DNA of 64,000 nucleotides from the NCBI GenBank assembly GCA_963850905.1, contig CAWKMU010000003.1, forward strand, positions 1,856,001-1,920,000, in the 5' to 3' direction. A program made the position numbers and the translations under genes. Below are positions 19,407 through 28,664 of this stretch, piece by piece; position 1 is the stretch's first letter, and every line of letters begins with the position of its first letter. This DNA is from an uncultured Gemmatimonadales bacterium (GTDB taxonomy: Bacteria; Gemmatimonadota; Gemmatimonadetes; Gemmatimonadales; Gemmatimonadaceae). The notes under the pieces are model-generated. The model saw only the letters and a program-made list of their open reading frames with translations, was not told the DNA's origin and did no database searches.

Positions 19407-19948
19407 CGGCAACGAGCGACGCTGAGCGACGGCGAGTGGAGTTGGTCGAGCATTCGCCCGCCTGGGCCTCTGAAGCCCGCATCGCCGCCGCCCGCCTCGC
19501 CGACGTCCTCGGGTCCACGCTCGTCGAAGTCCACCACGTCGGATCGACGTCGATTGCGGGGATCCGTGCCAAGCCAATCATCGACCTGCTGCCAGTCGTC
19601 ACGGACCTGGACTCCCTCGACGCCGAAGTGGCGCGGCTCGGCGCGCTCGGCTACCAGTGGCGCGGAGAATTTGGTATCGCTGGCCGTCGGTATTGTACGC
19701 TCGACAATGCGGCGACCGGGCGGCGGCTGATGCAGTTGCACGCGTTCGCGGTCGGCCATCCCGAGATCGATCGGATGTTGCTGTTCCGGGACTACCTGCG
19801 GAGCCACCCCACCGAGGCGCGCGCGTATGAGGTGGAGAAGGAGCGCTGCCGCCGGCTGTCCCCGGACAATACCATGGCGTACGCCGCGGCGAAGACCGCC
19901 TGGATCAACTCGTGCGTGACGCGCGCGCGAAGTGCCGCAGCCAGGTAA
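19403..19948 (+). CDS. GrpB / UPF0157 family nucleotidyltransferase-like protein
   Basis: HHVGSTSIAGIRAKPIIDL, GEFGIAGRRY, FRDYLR, Y..EK, Y...K. TTG start overlaps the upstream TGA. Confidence 0.9.
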   Translation: MTATSDAERRRVELVEHSPAWASEARIAAARLADVLGSTLVEVHHVGSTSIAGIRAKPIIDLLPVVTDLDSLDAEVARLGALGYQWRGEFGIAGRRYCTLDNAATGRRLMQLHAFAVGHPEIDRMLLFRDYLRSHPTEARAYEVEKERCRRLSPDNTMAYAAAKTAWINSCVTRARSAAAR

Positions 19949-21260
19949 ACGCGGGATAGCTGAGTGCGAGAATCAGGAGCGCATAGAGGCTGTGTCGTGA
20001 GTCGCTGATTGCCGCCCCGACGAGAAACGCGACCGATCCTACGAGGGCCAGTCCCGTGGTCCACGGATACCCCCTGGTTCGATACGGACGGGGGAGATCA
20101 GGCTCCTTACGCCGCAGCACGAACACGGCCGCGAACGACAGCATGTAGTTGGCGACGAAGAAAAACGTCAGCATCGCGATCACCGCCTCGAACGTCCGCG
20201 TGAGAAGGAATGCCGCGGCGACGAGGGCGCTCACGAACAATGCAGTGATCGGGGTACCACCCTGGTTCAACCGCGTCGCGCGGCCGCTGGCCAAACCATC
20301 GCGGCCAAGGCCGAACACGATGCGCGAAGCCGCCAGCAAGCAGGCAATGATCGTACTCGGCAACGCCAGGACGACAATCCAGCGCACGACCGCGTCGCCG
20401 CGCGCGCCGAAGATCTGGCCCGCGGCAGTCGCCGCCGGGAGCTGCGACTGCGCCATGGCCGGCAGCGATACCACGTGGAGAAAGCCCGCGTTGAGCGCGA
20501 GGTAGATGCATATGATCAGAGCGAGGCCACCGAGGATCGAGCGCGGAAGCTCACGCCCGGGGTCATTGACCTCCTCCGAAAAGTAGAGCGGAGCGGTCCA
20601 CCCATCGTACGTGTAGATGACGCCCTGCATCGCCACCACAAAGCCTGTCATGGTCGGAGCCGCGGCCGGCGCGGCGCTCATCGCGGGAGCCACCACCGAC
20701 CCGTGATACGAAAAACACGCCACGACCAGGGCGGTCAGCGCAACGGCCTTGATCGCGCTCGAGATGCGCTGGGCACGATCACTCGACCTGACGCCGCTCC
20801 ACAGCACGGCCGTGAGCACGGCCGTCACGCCAAGGGCAACGAGTACCGTGTGTCCCCCCAATGCGGGCGCGAGGACTCCTGCCGACTCCGCGAGGACAAT
20901 GGCGATGGCAGCGACGCTGCCACAGGTCGACGCCCAATCACTCCAACCCACGACGAACCCAATGTAGGGTCCGAACGCACGCTCAGCGAAGACGTACTGG
21001 CCGCCGGACTGTGGCAGCATGGCTGCGAGCTCCGACAGTGCATTGGCGCCGAGCATCGCGTAGATGCCCCCAGCAACCCACGCGACAAAGAAGAGGCGCA
21101 GGTCCGGGAGAAGCGCCGCGACGTCGCCAGGCGCGCGCAAAATGCCCGCTCCGATTGTGAGGCCGACGGAGACCGCAATCCCGAATGCCAACCCGAACGC
21201 GCGACGGAGGGCGATTCGCGCGGGGCGTGTCGGCGCGGCTCCGACGGGTATGGCGGTCAC
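19905..21260 (-). CDS. APC family amino acid permease
   Basis: GLTIGAGIL, ELAAMLPQSGGQY, YTYDGW, EEVNDPGRELPR, LRRKEPDLPRPYR; about 12 TM segments. Confidence 0.92.
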   Translation of the reverse strand: MTAIPVGAAPTRPARIALRRAFGLAFGIAVSVGLTIGAGILRAPGDVAALLPDLRLFFVAWVAGGIYAMLGANALSELAAMLPQSGGQYVFAERAFGPYIGFVVGWSDWASTCGSVAAIAIVLAESAGVLAPALGGHTVLVALGVTAVLTAVLWSGVRSSDRAQRISSAIKAVALTALVVACFSYHGSVVAPAMSAAPAAAPTMTGFVVAMQGVIYTYDGWTAPLYFSEEVNDPGRELPRSILGGLALIICIYLALNAGFLHVVSLPAMAQSQLPAATAAGQIFGARGDAVVRWIVVLALPSTIIACLLAASRIVFGLGRDGLASGRATRLNQGGTPITALFVSALVAAAFLLTRTFEAVIAMLTFFFVANYMLSFAAVFVLRRKEPDLPRPYRTRGYPWTTGLALVGSVAFLVGAAISDSRHSLYALLILALSYPAFTWLRHFARASRTS

Positions 21261-21414
21261 GAGGTGAGCACGATGTGAGCGGGATGAAGGAATCGGGCTG
21301 CGTACGACGGGCCGAGCGCAAATGCCTATCGACTGGCACGCGCGAAGGCACAAAGGTGCAGCAAGGGGCACTGGCGCGCCACGGAGCAACGCGCCACGTG
21401 GTCCCCATCAACAA

Positions 21415-21906
21415 CTATTCGCGGAACGCGGCCGCTGCGCGGCGGAGGCGCTGGGTCATCGAATCCCAGGGCGGATTCTCATACACGTCGATCGCGCCGG
21501 CGATATGCGTGCCGATCACGCGGATCGCGGGCCACGCCACATCGTGACCACGTGCGCCCGCGATAGTACTCGGCGATCGCGGGTGGTACTCGAAGTTGCC
21601 GCCAAACGTATTGCCGGCGTACTCCACACGGAAACCGTCGGGCAGACCGATCTCCAAATGCCCTGCGAATACCGCGGCTTCGATCGTCGTCGTCTGCGAC
21701 GCGAATCGCGCTCGGCGAAGGTCGAGCCGGACCTTGCCCACCACCGCAACGACGCGGAAATGAGCGGGCACGAGCCAGTCGCCGCCACGCGCCGAGCTGC
21801 CGAGGAAGGCGACGACGCCACCGGGCATCGGCACCGGCTCGTCCGCGGCGATGGCATCAGGGGACTTGCGGGCCACAGGTGGGAGGTTGGACGCGGGCGA
21901 CCTCAT
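21415..21906 (-). CDS. LiaF/DUF2154-like cell-wall-response beta-domain protein
   Basis: AFLG...R.G.W.VP, V.LDLR.A.F, I.LP.G.RVE..G...GG.F, P.IRV.G....G.IDV pattern. Confidence 0.7.
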   Translation of the reverse strand: MRSPASNLPPVARKSPDAIAADEPVPMPGGVVAFLGSSARGGDWLVPAHFRVVAVVGKVRLDLRRARFASQTTTIEAAVFAGHLEIGLPDGFRVEYAGNTFGGNFEYHPRSPSTIAGARGHDVAWPAIRVIGTHIAGAIDVYENPPWDSMTQRLRRAAAAFRE

Positions 21907-21988
21907 ACCTCGGATTACGGCGAAATACCTACCCTGGTTTCAGCCGGACCCGACCCTTATCCGACGCGTCCGATTACCATTGTGTCCG

Positions 21989-22858
21989 GTGTACATCCTC
22001 CTCGCTCTCTTGACGTCGGTCTTGTACGGCGGGGCCGATTTTCTTGGCGCCATCGCGAGCCGTCGGGCGGCCGTCCTGGTCGTGTCGGGTGTCTCGCAGG
22101 CGGCCGGACTCATTGCGATGGCGGTGGCGGTGGCGTTGCTGCCGCGGGCTCACCCAGTGCCGGCCGACTTCTTCTGGGGCGCCGCGACCGGGGTCGCCGG
22201 GGCGTTCTCGCTGGGCTTCTTTTTCTCGGCGTTCGCGATCGGCCGCATCGGTGTCGTGGCGCCCATCGCTGCCGCGGTTGGCGCCGCGATCCCCGTGCTC
22301 GTTGGCGTGACGCTCGGCGAGCGGCTCGGACTGTCGGTCTGGGTCGGCATTGCGCTGGCGGTGGCCGCCATCGTGCTCATCGGATGGGAGCCCAATCCGC
22401 TACGGGTGGCTGGAGATGCGCCGGCAGGCGGCGCGCCGCGCCTGGACCGCTCAGTCGTACTGGCATTGGCAGCGGGACTCGCGATCGGTGCGTTCTACAG
22501 TTGCCTCCAGCGCGCGACGGCTGGCTCCGGGTTGTGGCCCCTCCTCGTCGCCCGCACCGTGTCGTGCCCGGCCCTCTTCCTCGCTGCGCGAGTCAGGCGG
22601 CAGACCTTCGGGAGCTTGCGGGGCGTGGTCCCGATCGTGGTCGGCTCAGGTCTACTCGACATAGTGGCCAACGTCTGCTACTTCGTCGCGGTGCATCACG
22701 GTCCGTTGAGCGTCATCGCGACGCTCGCGTCGCTCTACCCAGCGGCCAGCGTGTTGCTCGCGTACGTCATCTTGCGCGAGCACCTGCACCGGCGCCAACT
22801 CGTCGGGCTCGCCGTGGGCACCGCGGCGATTGCGCTGATCTCGAGCGGCGTCGGATAA
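21989..22858 (+). CDS. EamA/DMT family transporter
   Basis: ALLTSVLYGGADFLG, GRIGVVAPI, LASLYPA, LRE.L...Q; about 10 TM segments. Confidence 0.88.
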   Translation: MYILLALLTSVLYGGADFLGAIASRRAAVLVVSGVSQAAGLIAMAVAVALLPRAHPVPADFFWGAATGVAGAFSLGFFFSAFAIGRIGVVAPIAAAVGAAIPVLVGVTLGERLGLSVWVGIALAVAAIVLIGWEPNPLRVAGDAPAGGAPRLDRSVVLALAAGLAIGAFYSCLQRATAGSGLWPLLVARTVSCPALFLAARVRRQTFGSLRGVVPIVVGSGLLDIVANVCYFVAVHHGPLSVIATLASLYPAASVLLAYVILREHLHRRQLVGLAVGTAAIALISSGVG

Positions 22859-22917
22859 CGACACCTCGATGCGGACAGTGGATGTCGGTGCCGTTCCCGG
22901 GGTCGCGCGTCCGTGCC

Positions 22918-25038
22918 TTATTGCTGCTCGTACCCGAGCACCTGCCTGTCCTGCAGGTACTTGTCGAACCACGCGAGTATGTGCGCCAGCCGCTCCACAC
23001 GGTGGCGCGGCTTCCCCGACCGCGACAACTCGTGCGTCTCACCGGGGAAGGAAACCATGACGGTGGTTCGGTGCAGCGCCTTCAGCGCACGAAACATCGT
23101 CATGCCGCCGGAGCCGGACGGGGTGCGACTGTCGGCTTCTCCCTCGATCAACATCAGCGGGGTGGTGACCTGCTGGATATAGGTGATCGGTGAGCGTTGC
23201 GCGTAGTCCGCCGGGTCTTGGAACGGTGGCTCACGGAACCAGGAGGGAGTGAAGAGCGTGAAATCGGCGGTGTACCACCACGCCGCCCAGTCGGCGATCG
23301 ATCGCTGGGACACGGCTGCCGCAAACCAATGCGTGTGTCCTACGACCCAGTTGGTGAGCAGGCCACCACCGCTGCCGCCCGTCACGCCTAGCCGCTTGGG
23401 ATCGACGTATCCCCGTGCCAGCAGCGTATCGACGCCGACCATCAAGTCCCGGTAGTCATCGCCCGGATAGTGATACTGAATAACGTTGCCGAACGCCTCA
23501 CCGTACGACGTACTTCCGCGCGGATTTGGCAGCAGCACGACGTATCCACGCGCGGCCATTACCTGGGCTTCGTGGAAGAACGTCTCGCCGTACGCTGCGT
23601 GCGGGCCGCCGTGAATGTTGAGGATCAGCGGGTACTTCGTGCCAAGCGCGAAGTCGGGCGGCTTGTAGATCCACGCCTCGATCATCTTGCCATCGAAGCT
23701 GCGGTAGGAGATGCGCTCGGGCGTGGACAGGCGCAGCCCGGCCATCAACGAATCGTTGATGTGGGTGAGTTGCGTCAACGATCGAGTAGCCGGGTCGAGC
23801 ACGTAGAGATCGCCGATGTGCGTAGCATCGCTCAACGTGACTGCGAAGCGCGCGCCATCGCTCGTCGCGGTGTACGCAACCACATCGTGATCCCCGGTCG
23901 TGATCGGCTCAATATGATGCGACGCCAGATCGATTCGGACGAGGTTCGACCGGCCGTGTTCAGTCACCGCTGTGATGATACTGCGGCCATCCGACGACCA
24001 CACCAGCGGACTCGAGCCGGAGCCTCCGCGCGGGGGGTGCTGATCGCCGGTCAGGCTGCTGCCAACGTCCGCGTCGCCTCCTCGCAGCAGCGGCGTGACG
24101 GCACCGTCGTGCACCACGAACACGCCGGATTGGGTGAATGACTGGCGGTGCGGCGGGTTGAGGTATCCGACAAACGCATAGTCATGACCGTCGGGCGATT
24201 GCTCGACATCATGCACCGGACCGTCGATGTCGACGATCTTGTCCAACGTGCCGCCGTTGGCCGGGATTGCATATTCGTCATCGTCGGGATTTTCGTAGTA
24301 CGGCTCTGCCACCCGGTCCGACAGAAAGCGAATACGTGCGCCGTCGCGCGTCCAGGCGATTGCCTCCTCGTCGTATTGACCGAACGTCAGTTGGCGTGCG
24401 GGGACGGGGCCGTCTCCACCAACCGGGATGTCAACCCGCCAGACGTGCGAGTGACGAGTCGGGTCCAGCCAGCCGCGATCATTGCTCCGATACTCGGCGC
24501 GGGTAATGACGCGGACGTCGCTCAACAGCTTCTTCACGGCCGAGTCCTTGACGGCGGCCTCGGTGTCACGCGGGAGCGCTTGACTCGAGAACGCAAGCGC
24601 GGCGCCGTCGGGCGACCAGACGCCAGGACTGGCGCCTTTGGGGACGTCGGTCAGCTTGCGCGGCTCGCCGCCGGCAAGGGGAAGGAGGAAGAGTTGCGAT
24701 CCGGACGTGTCGTCGCTGGCGCGCAGGAACGCGATCGTGCGGCCGTCGGGCGACCAACGGGGCGCTGCGTCGCGAGGTCCGATCGTCAGACGGCGCGGCG
24801 ACGCGTGGCCGTCCGTGGCCACGATCCAGATGCTCGTCTCGTAGCGGTTCTCCTTTTCGTTGACCGCGACGAGCGTGTACGCGACGTTGGCCCCGTCGGG
24901 TGAGATCCTCGGATCAGCGACCCAGTGGAAGGCCAGCAGGTCGCGATCGGTCATCGCGCGACCTTGTGCCGCCAGCGGTCGCGGTGCGGCTGCCGCGACG
25001 AACGCGACGAGTCCGGCGAAATACGCGTGAGGCCTCAT
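22918..25038 (-). CDS. S9 family peptidase, secreted (second paralog)
   Basis: Signal peptide, SPDG propeller repeats, IHGGPH, NPRGSTSYG, GGSGGG, DSRTP, ETHELSRSG. Confidence 0.95.
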   Translation of the reverse strand: MRPHAYFAGLVAFVAAAAPRPLAAQGRAMTDRDLLAFHWVADPRISPDGANVAYTLVAVNEKENRYETSIWIVATDGHASPRRLTIGPRDAAPRWSPDGRTIAFLRASDDTSGSQLFLLPLAGGEPRKLTDVPKGASPGVWSPDGAALAFSSQALPRDTEAAVKDSAVKKLLSDVRVITRAEYRSNDRGWLDPTRHSHVWRVDIPVGGDGPVPARQLTFGQYDEEAIAWTRDGARIRFLSDRVAEPYYENPDDDEYAIPANGGTLDKIVDIDGPVHDVEQSPDGHDYAFVGYLNPPHRQSFTQSGVFVVHDGAVTPLLRGGDADVGSSLTGDQHPPRGGSGSSPLVWSSDGRSIITAVTEHGRSNLVRIDLASHHIEPITTGDHDVVAYTATSDGARFAVTLSDATHIGDLYVLDPATRSLTQLTHINDSLMAGLRLSTPERISYRSFDGKMIEAWIYKPPDFALGTKYPLILNIHGGPHAAYGETFFHEAQVMAARGYVVLLPNPRGSTSYGEAFGNVIQYHYPGDDYRDLMVGVDTLLARGYVDPKRLGVTGGSGGGLLTNWVVGHTHWFAAAVSQRSIADWAAWWYTADFTLFTPSWFREPPFQDPADYAQRSPITYIQQVTTPLMLIEGEADSRTPSGSGGMTMFRALKALHRTTVMVSFPGETHELSRSGKPRHRVERLAHILAWFDKYLQDRQVLGYEQQ

Positions 25039-25050
25039 ATGCTCTCCTGC

Positions 25051-25149
25051 GGGCGCTTCGCGCCCGAGAAAGTAGACCCACGGAAAGTAGAAAGTAGACG
25101 TGTGCTTCGCACTGGGCAGTTCTTCGTTGCAGTTCTACCTTCTACTCTC
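25051..25149. repeat. GGGCGC-TTC-GCGCCCGAGAAAGTAG element with AGAAAGT heptamers
   Basis: Same head as 18612, 27402 and 34600; GAAAGTA repeats with a degenerate inverted arm TTCTACCTTCTACTCTC. Confidence 0.8.
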
Positions 25150-25201
25150 AAACCTGCCAATCTCTCCCGTGCCTCCGCGCGAGCGGCCTTCCGTAATCGA
25201 T

Positions 25202-26647
25202 ATGCCTGTCGAGCGATATCGCCTCACCCCCGCCCTCGACATCTCCCGTGTCCTTACCGGTCTGTGGCAGATCGCGGATATGGAGCGCCGTCAACCGGTC
25301 GATGCCGAAGGTGCCACTCGGGCACTTGCCGCATACGTCGATGCCGGGCTGACCACGTTCGACATGGCGGACCACTACGGATCCGCCGAGCAGATCGTCG
25401 GACGGTTCCTCGAGCGCCATGCGAATCGGGACGGAGTCGAGGTCCTGACCAAATGGGTACCGAAGCCGGGTCGGTCGACGCGCGCAGACGTCCGCGCGGC
25501 GGTCGACCGCTCGCTGATGCGTCTCGGCGTCGAGACGATCGACGTCCTCCAGTTTCATGCCTGGAATTATGCCGATCCGAACTGGCTCGATTGTCTGTCC
25601 TGGCTCGAGGAACTGCGCGCGGAAGGCAAGATCCGATCGGTGGGCGTAACGAACGTCGACACGGCACATCTCCGGATCGCCGTGCACAGCGGCATCCGAG
25701 TCGTATCGAACCAGGTCTGCTACTCGCTGCTCGATCAGCGCCCGCGGAATCGCATGGCGGCGTTCTGCCGCGAGCACGGTATTGCCCTTCTGGCGTACGG
25801 GACGCTCGCCGGCGGCCTGCTGACCGAACGATGGCTGAACCGGCCCGAGCCCGATCGCCGAGCGCTCGACACCTGGTCCGAGATGAAGTACGCACGGTTC
25901 ATCGACGCCGCCGGGGGATGGTCGGCCCTCCAACGGTTGCTCCTGGCCGTGCACGGGGTGGCGCTGCGTAATGGCGTTTCGATGGCCAACGTGGCAGGGC
26001 GCTATATCCTCGACCTGCCCGCCGTTGGCGGCGTCATCATCGGCGCGAGGCTCGGACAACGCGAGCATATCTCCGACAACCTGCGGCTCTTCACGACGTC
26101 CCTCGTGGCGGAGGACCGTTTAGAGATCGAGACCGCGCTGGGGGCGCTCGAGGCGATCCCTGGTGATTGCGGCGACGAGTACCGGCGGCCGCCCTTCCTG
26201 ACGGCATTGGGCGATCTGAGTCATCACGTGGAGGAGTTCCCGCCGCCATATCTCGTGGAGTCCCGGCCCCAGGGGCGAGACGTGGTGTTGACGGGCACCG
26301 AGTGGGAGGCGGTAGCGGGCTACTGCCGCGCTCTGCGGCGCGGCAATCGTATCTGGATCTCTGGGACGACCGCGACACATGGTGCTCGTGTCATCGGAGG
26401 GTCCGACGCCGCTGCGCAAATGCACTTCGTCGTCGATAGGATCGAAGGCGCGCTACAGAGCCTCGGTGCACGGCTTGCGGACGTGGTCCGCACTCGGGTC
26501 TACGTGCGTCGCCTATCTGATTGGGAGGCCGTCGCGCGCGCGCACGGCGAGCGGTTCCGCGAGGTCCAACCCGCGAATACGCTCGTGCAGGCCGGGATTG
26601 TGGGCGACGAATATCTCGTCGAAGCGGATGCTGAGGCTGAATTGTGA
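25202..26647 (+). CDS. Aldo/keto reductase fused to a C-terminal RidA (YjgF/UK114) domain
   Basis: AKR motifs GLWQ, TFDMADHYG, LTKW, LQFHAW, SNQVCYS, LAYGTLAGG, then WE..AGY.RA, ISGTT, DVVRTRVYV, HGERF..V.PANTLV, LVE in a single frame. Confidence 0.92.
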   Translation: MPVERYRLTPALDISRVLTGLWQIADMERRQPVDAEGATRALAAYVDAGLTTFDMADHYGSAEQIVGRFLERHANRDGVEVLTKWVPKPGRSTRADVRAAVDRSLMRLGVETIDVLQFHAWNYADPNWLDCLSWLEELRAEGKIRSVGVTNVDTAHLRIAVHSGIRVVSNQVCYSLLDQRPRNRMAAFCREHGIALLAYGTLAGGLLTERWLNRPEPDRRALDTWSEMKYARFIDAAGGWSALQRLLLAVHGVALRNGVSMANVAGRYILDLPAVGGVIIGARLGQREHISDNLRLFTTSLVAEDRLEIETALGALEAIPGDCGDEYRRPPFLTALGDLSHHVEEFPPPYLVESRPQGRDVVLTGTEWEAVAGYCRALRRGNRIWISGTTATHGARVIGGSDAAAQMHFVVDRIEGALQSLGARLADVVRTRVYVRRLSDWEAVARAHGERFREVQPANTLVQAGIVGDEYLVEADAEAEL

Positions 26648-26655
26648 ACCGGCGA

Positions 26656-27363
26656 TTACGTATCCGGGTTCGTCGCCCAGACCGTCGCGCTGGTGACGAA
26701 GGCCCGGTCGTCGAGCGCCAGCATGTCGGCGATCACATTGGCAATGTCCTCGGCGTGGAGCTTACGCGGGTTGTCCGGGCGCACTCCGCGCCCCGCGGCT
26801 TCATGAAACGGCGTGAGGACCTCGCTCGGATTCACCTGCATGACACGGATGTTGTCTTTGCGGAGCTCGGCTCTCCACACCTCCGTCAGCCCGGTCAGGG
26901 CCCATTTCGTGGATGCGTAGGCGGAGGAGTTCGGCCCGGCACGTTGCCCTGACGTCGACCCGACGTTGACGATTGTCCCGGATTGGCGTGTGATGAAGTG
27001 CCGCGCCGATTCGCGCGCGACCAGCGTGGCGCCCAAGACGTTGGTTTCCCAGACGCGGCGCATGTCGGCAGCGGTGACTGCAACCAACGGCGCGAAGACG
27101 CCCATCCCGGCGTTGTTGATGAGCACGTTGTAGTCACCGAGCTCTCGCACTACCGCGTCGACGAGCCCTATCACGGCGTGTTCGTCAGTGATGTCCGCTC
27201 GGATGGCCAGCGCCCCAGTGTCCTTGGCGGCGCGCTGCAATACGTCTTCCCGCCGGCCCGTGATGACCACCCGGGCACCACGGTCGACAAGGACCTTGGC
27301 GGTTGCACGACCGATTCCGGTGCCACCACCCGTGACGAGGGCTCGTACGTTCTTGAGGAGCAT
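26656..27363 (-). CDS. SDR family oxidoreductase
   Basis: TGGGTGIG, NNAG, YASTK (YxxxK). Confidence 0.93.
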   Translation of the reverse strand: MLLKNVRALVTGGGTGIGRATAKVLVDRGARVVITGRREDVLQRAAKDTGALAIRADITDEHAVIGLVDAVVRELGDYNVLINNAGMGVFAPLVAVTAADMRRVWETNVLGATLVARESARHFITRQSGTIVNVGSTSGQRAGPNSSAYASTKWALTGLTEVWRAELRKDNIRVMQVNPSEVLTPFHEAAGRGVRPDNPRKLHAEDIANVIADMLALDDRAFVTSATVWATNPDT

Positions 27364-27393
27364 GGAAGGCAGGGATCTGAGGGCCGGGCGGGG

Positions 27394-27500
27394 GGGCTAA
27401 AGCGCCCGAGAGAGTAGAAGCACAGAAAGTGGAAAGTAGACAAATCTGGAGCGCATTTGCACTCCATTTGCTTTCGACGTTCGCGGGTCTAGGGTCTCGC
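27394..27500. repeat. GCGCCCGAGAGAGTAG element with AGAAAGT heptamers and central hairpin
   Basis: Left arm matches the 25051 and 34600 elements. Centre is CAAAT..GGAG-CGCATTTGCA-CTCC.ATTTG. The degenerate right arm overlaps the aminotransferase stop. Confidence 0.75.
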
Positions 27501-28664
27501 CGACGGAGCGGCCGACCCTGCAACCGCCGTTTGGAGTTGCTCCGCAATCCGGGTCAATCCGTGCTCCAGTGTGGCGCTGTCGAGCCCGAGCCCGATCCGT
27601 ACATACTCGGGCGCTCCAAAAAAGTGGCCCGGCACGACGCGCGTGCCGCGCGCACGTGCGAGCGTGTCGGCGAAGCGCCAGACATCGCCCAGACCGAGAT
27701 TGACGAATGCTGTCGCCCCGGCCGCCGGCGGCACCCACGTCACGCCGGGCGCACCTTCGATCCACCGCCGGACGAGGTCCAGGTTGCGGGCAATCAATTT
27801 GATGTGTGGCCCGATGATCGCCGCCGAGCGCTCCAGCGCTCGCACGGCGAGACGTTCACTCGGGTGCGCGATGATGTTGTCGAAGAGTCCCGCCAGACGT
27901 CGCATGCGCTCGGCCAACGCCGGCTCGGCCAGCACCCATCCAACCCGCAGTCCGCCGAGCCCCCACACCTTGGTGAGGCTCGACGTGACGATCACGTGCG
28001 GTGACAGGTGAATCGTTGAGGGCACGCCTGTTTCTCGCAGCCATTCGCCGTATACCTCGTCGACAATGACATAGAAGCCCCGTGTCTCCGCGAGCGTCGT
28101 GAGCGCACGGAACTCTGACGTGTCGAAGCGTGCCCCGGTCGGGTTATGGAGCTCGGACAGCACGACCAAACGCGTCCGTGGGGTGAGATCGGCGCGAATC
28201 GCGTCGACGTCGAATCGGTACCCGCGCTCCGCCGCGCGCAGGACGTGGCCGACGCTCGCGCCCCAGAGCGCGGGGACTCGCTCCAGCGGGTCGTAGCCGG
28301 GTCGCTCGACGAGCACGTGGTCGCCTGCCTCGAGCACGGTTGCCATCGCCAGATGGTTCGCCATCGACGTGCCGGCTGCGACGACGACCGAGGCTTCTGG
28401 GACGCCATAGCGCGCCGCGATCCGAGCCACCAGCGGCGGCCATCCGTAGTCGTTGCGCTCATTCAGCGGAGGGTCAGCCTCGGGGGGGCCGAGTTGCGCG
28501 GCAGAACACGACGGCACGGCGCTTCCGGCCAGATTGATCTCTGCCGCCGGGAGCTGCTTGACCCACGTGAGATAGGGGCTCTCCTTGCGATTCGCCCCAG
28601 ACGGCGTTTCCCCGACTCGCGCGTCGCTCGGTGCCGCACTGGGTGCCTGTCCGGCAAGCATCAT
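27489..28664 (-). CDS. PLP-dependent aminotransferase class I/II
   Basis: LHNPTG, VDEVY, SSLTKVWGLGGLRVGW (PLP lysine). ATGA overlap with the upstream permease stop. Confidence 0.93.
   Translation of the reverse strand: MMLAGQAPSAAPSDARVGETPSGANRKESPYLTWVKQLPAAEINLAGSAVPSCSAAQLGPPEADPPLNERNDYGWPPLVARIAARYGVPEASVVVAAGTSMANHLAMATVLEAGDHVLVERPGYDPLERVPALWGASVGHVLRAAERGYRFDVDAIRADLTPRTRLVVLSELHNPTGARFDTSEFRALTTLAETRGFYVIVDEVYGEWLRETGVPSTIHLSPHVIVTSSLTKVWGLGGLRVGWVLAEPALAERMRRLAGLFDNIIAHPSERLAVRALERSAAIIGPHIKLIARNLDLVRRWIEGAPGVTWVPPAAGATAFVNLGLGDVWRFADTLARARGTRVVPGHFFGAPEYVRIGLGLDSATLEHGLTRIAEQLQTAVAGSAAPSARP

Noticed and set aside
21322..23193. 623-aa plus-strand ORF and other long Arg/Pro-rich ORFs (e.g. 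16980..18320, 44702..46126, 61130..62314)
   Set aside because: Off-frame or antisense overlaps of well-supported genes, with no motifs; expected in high-GC DNA.
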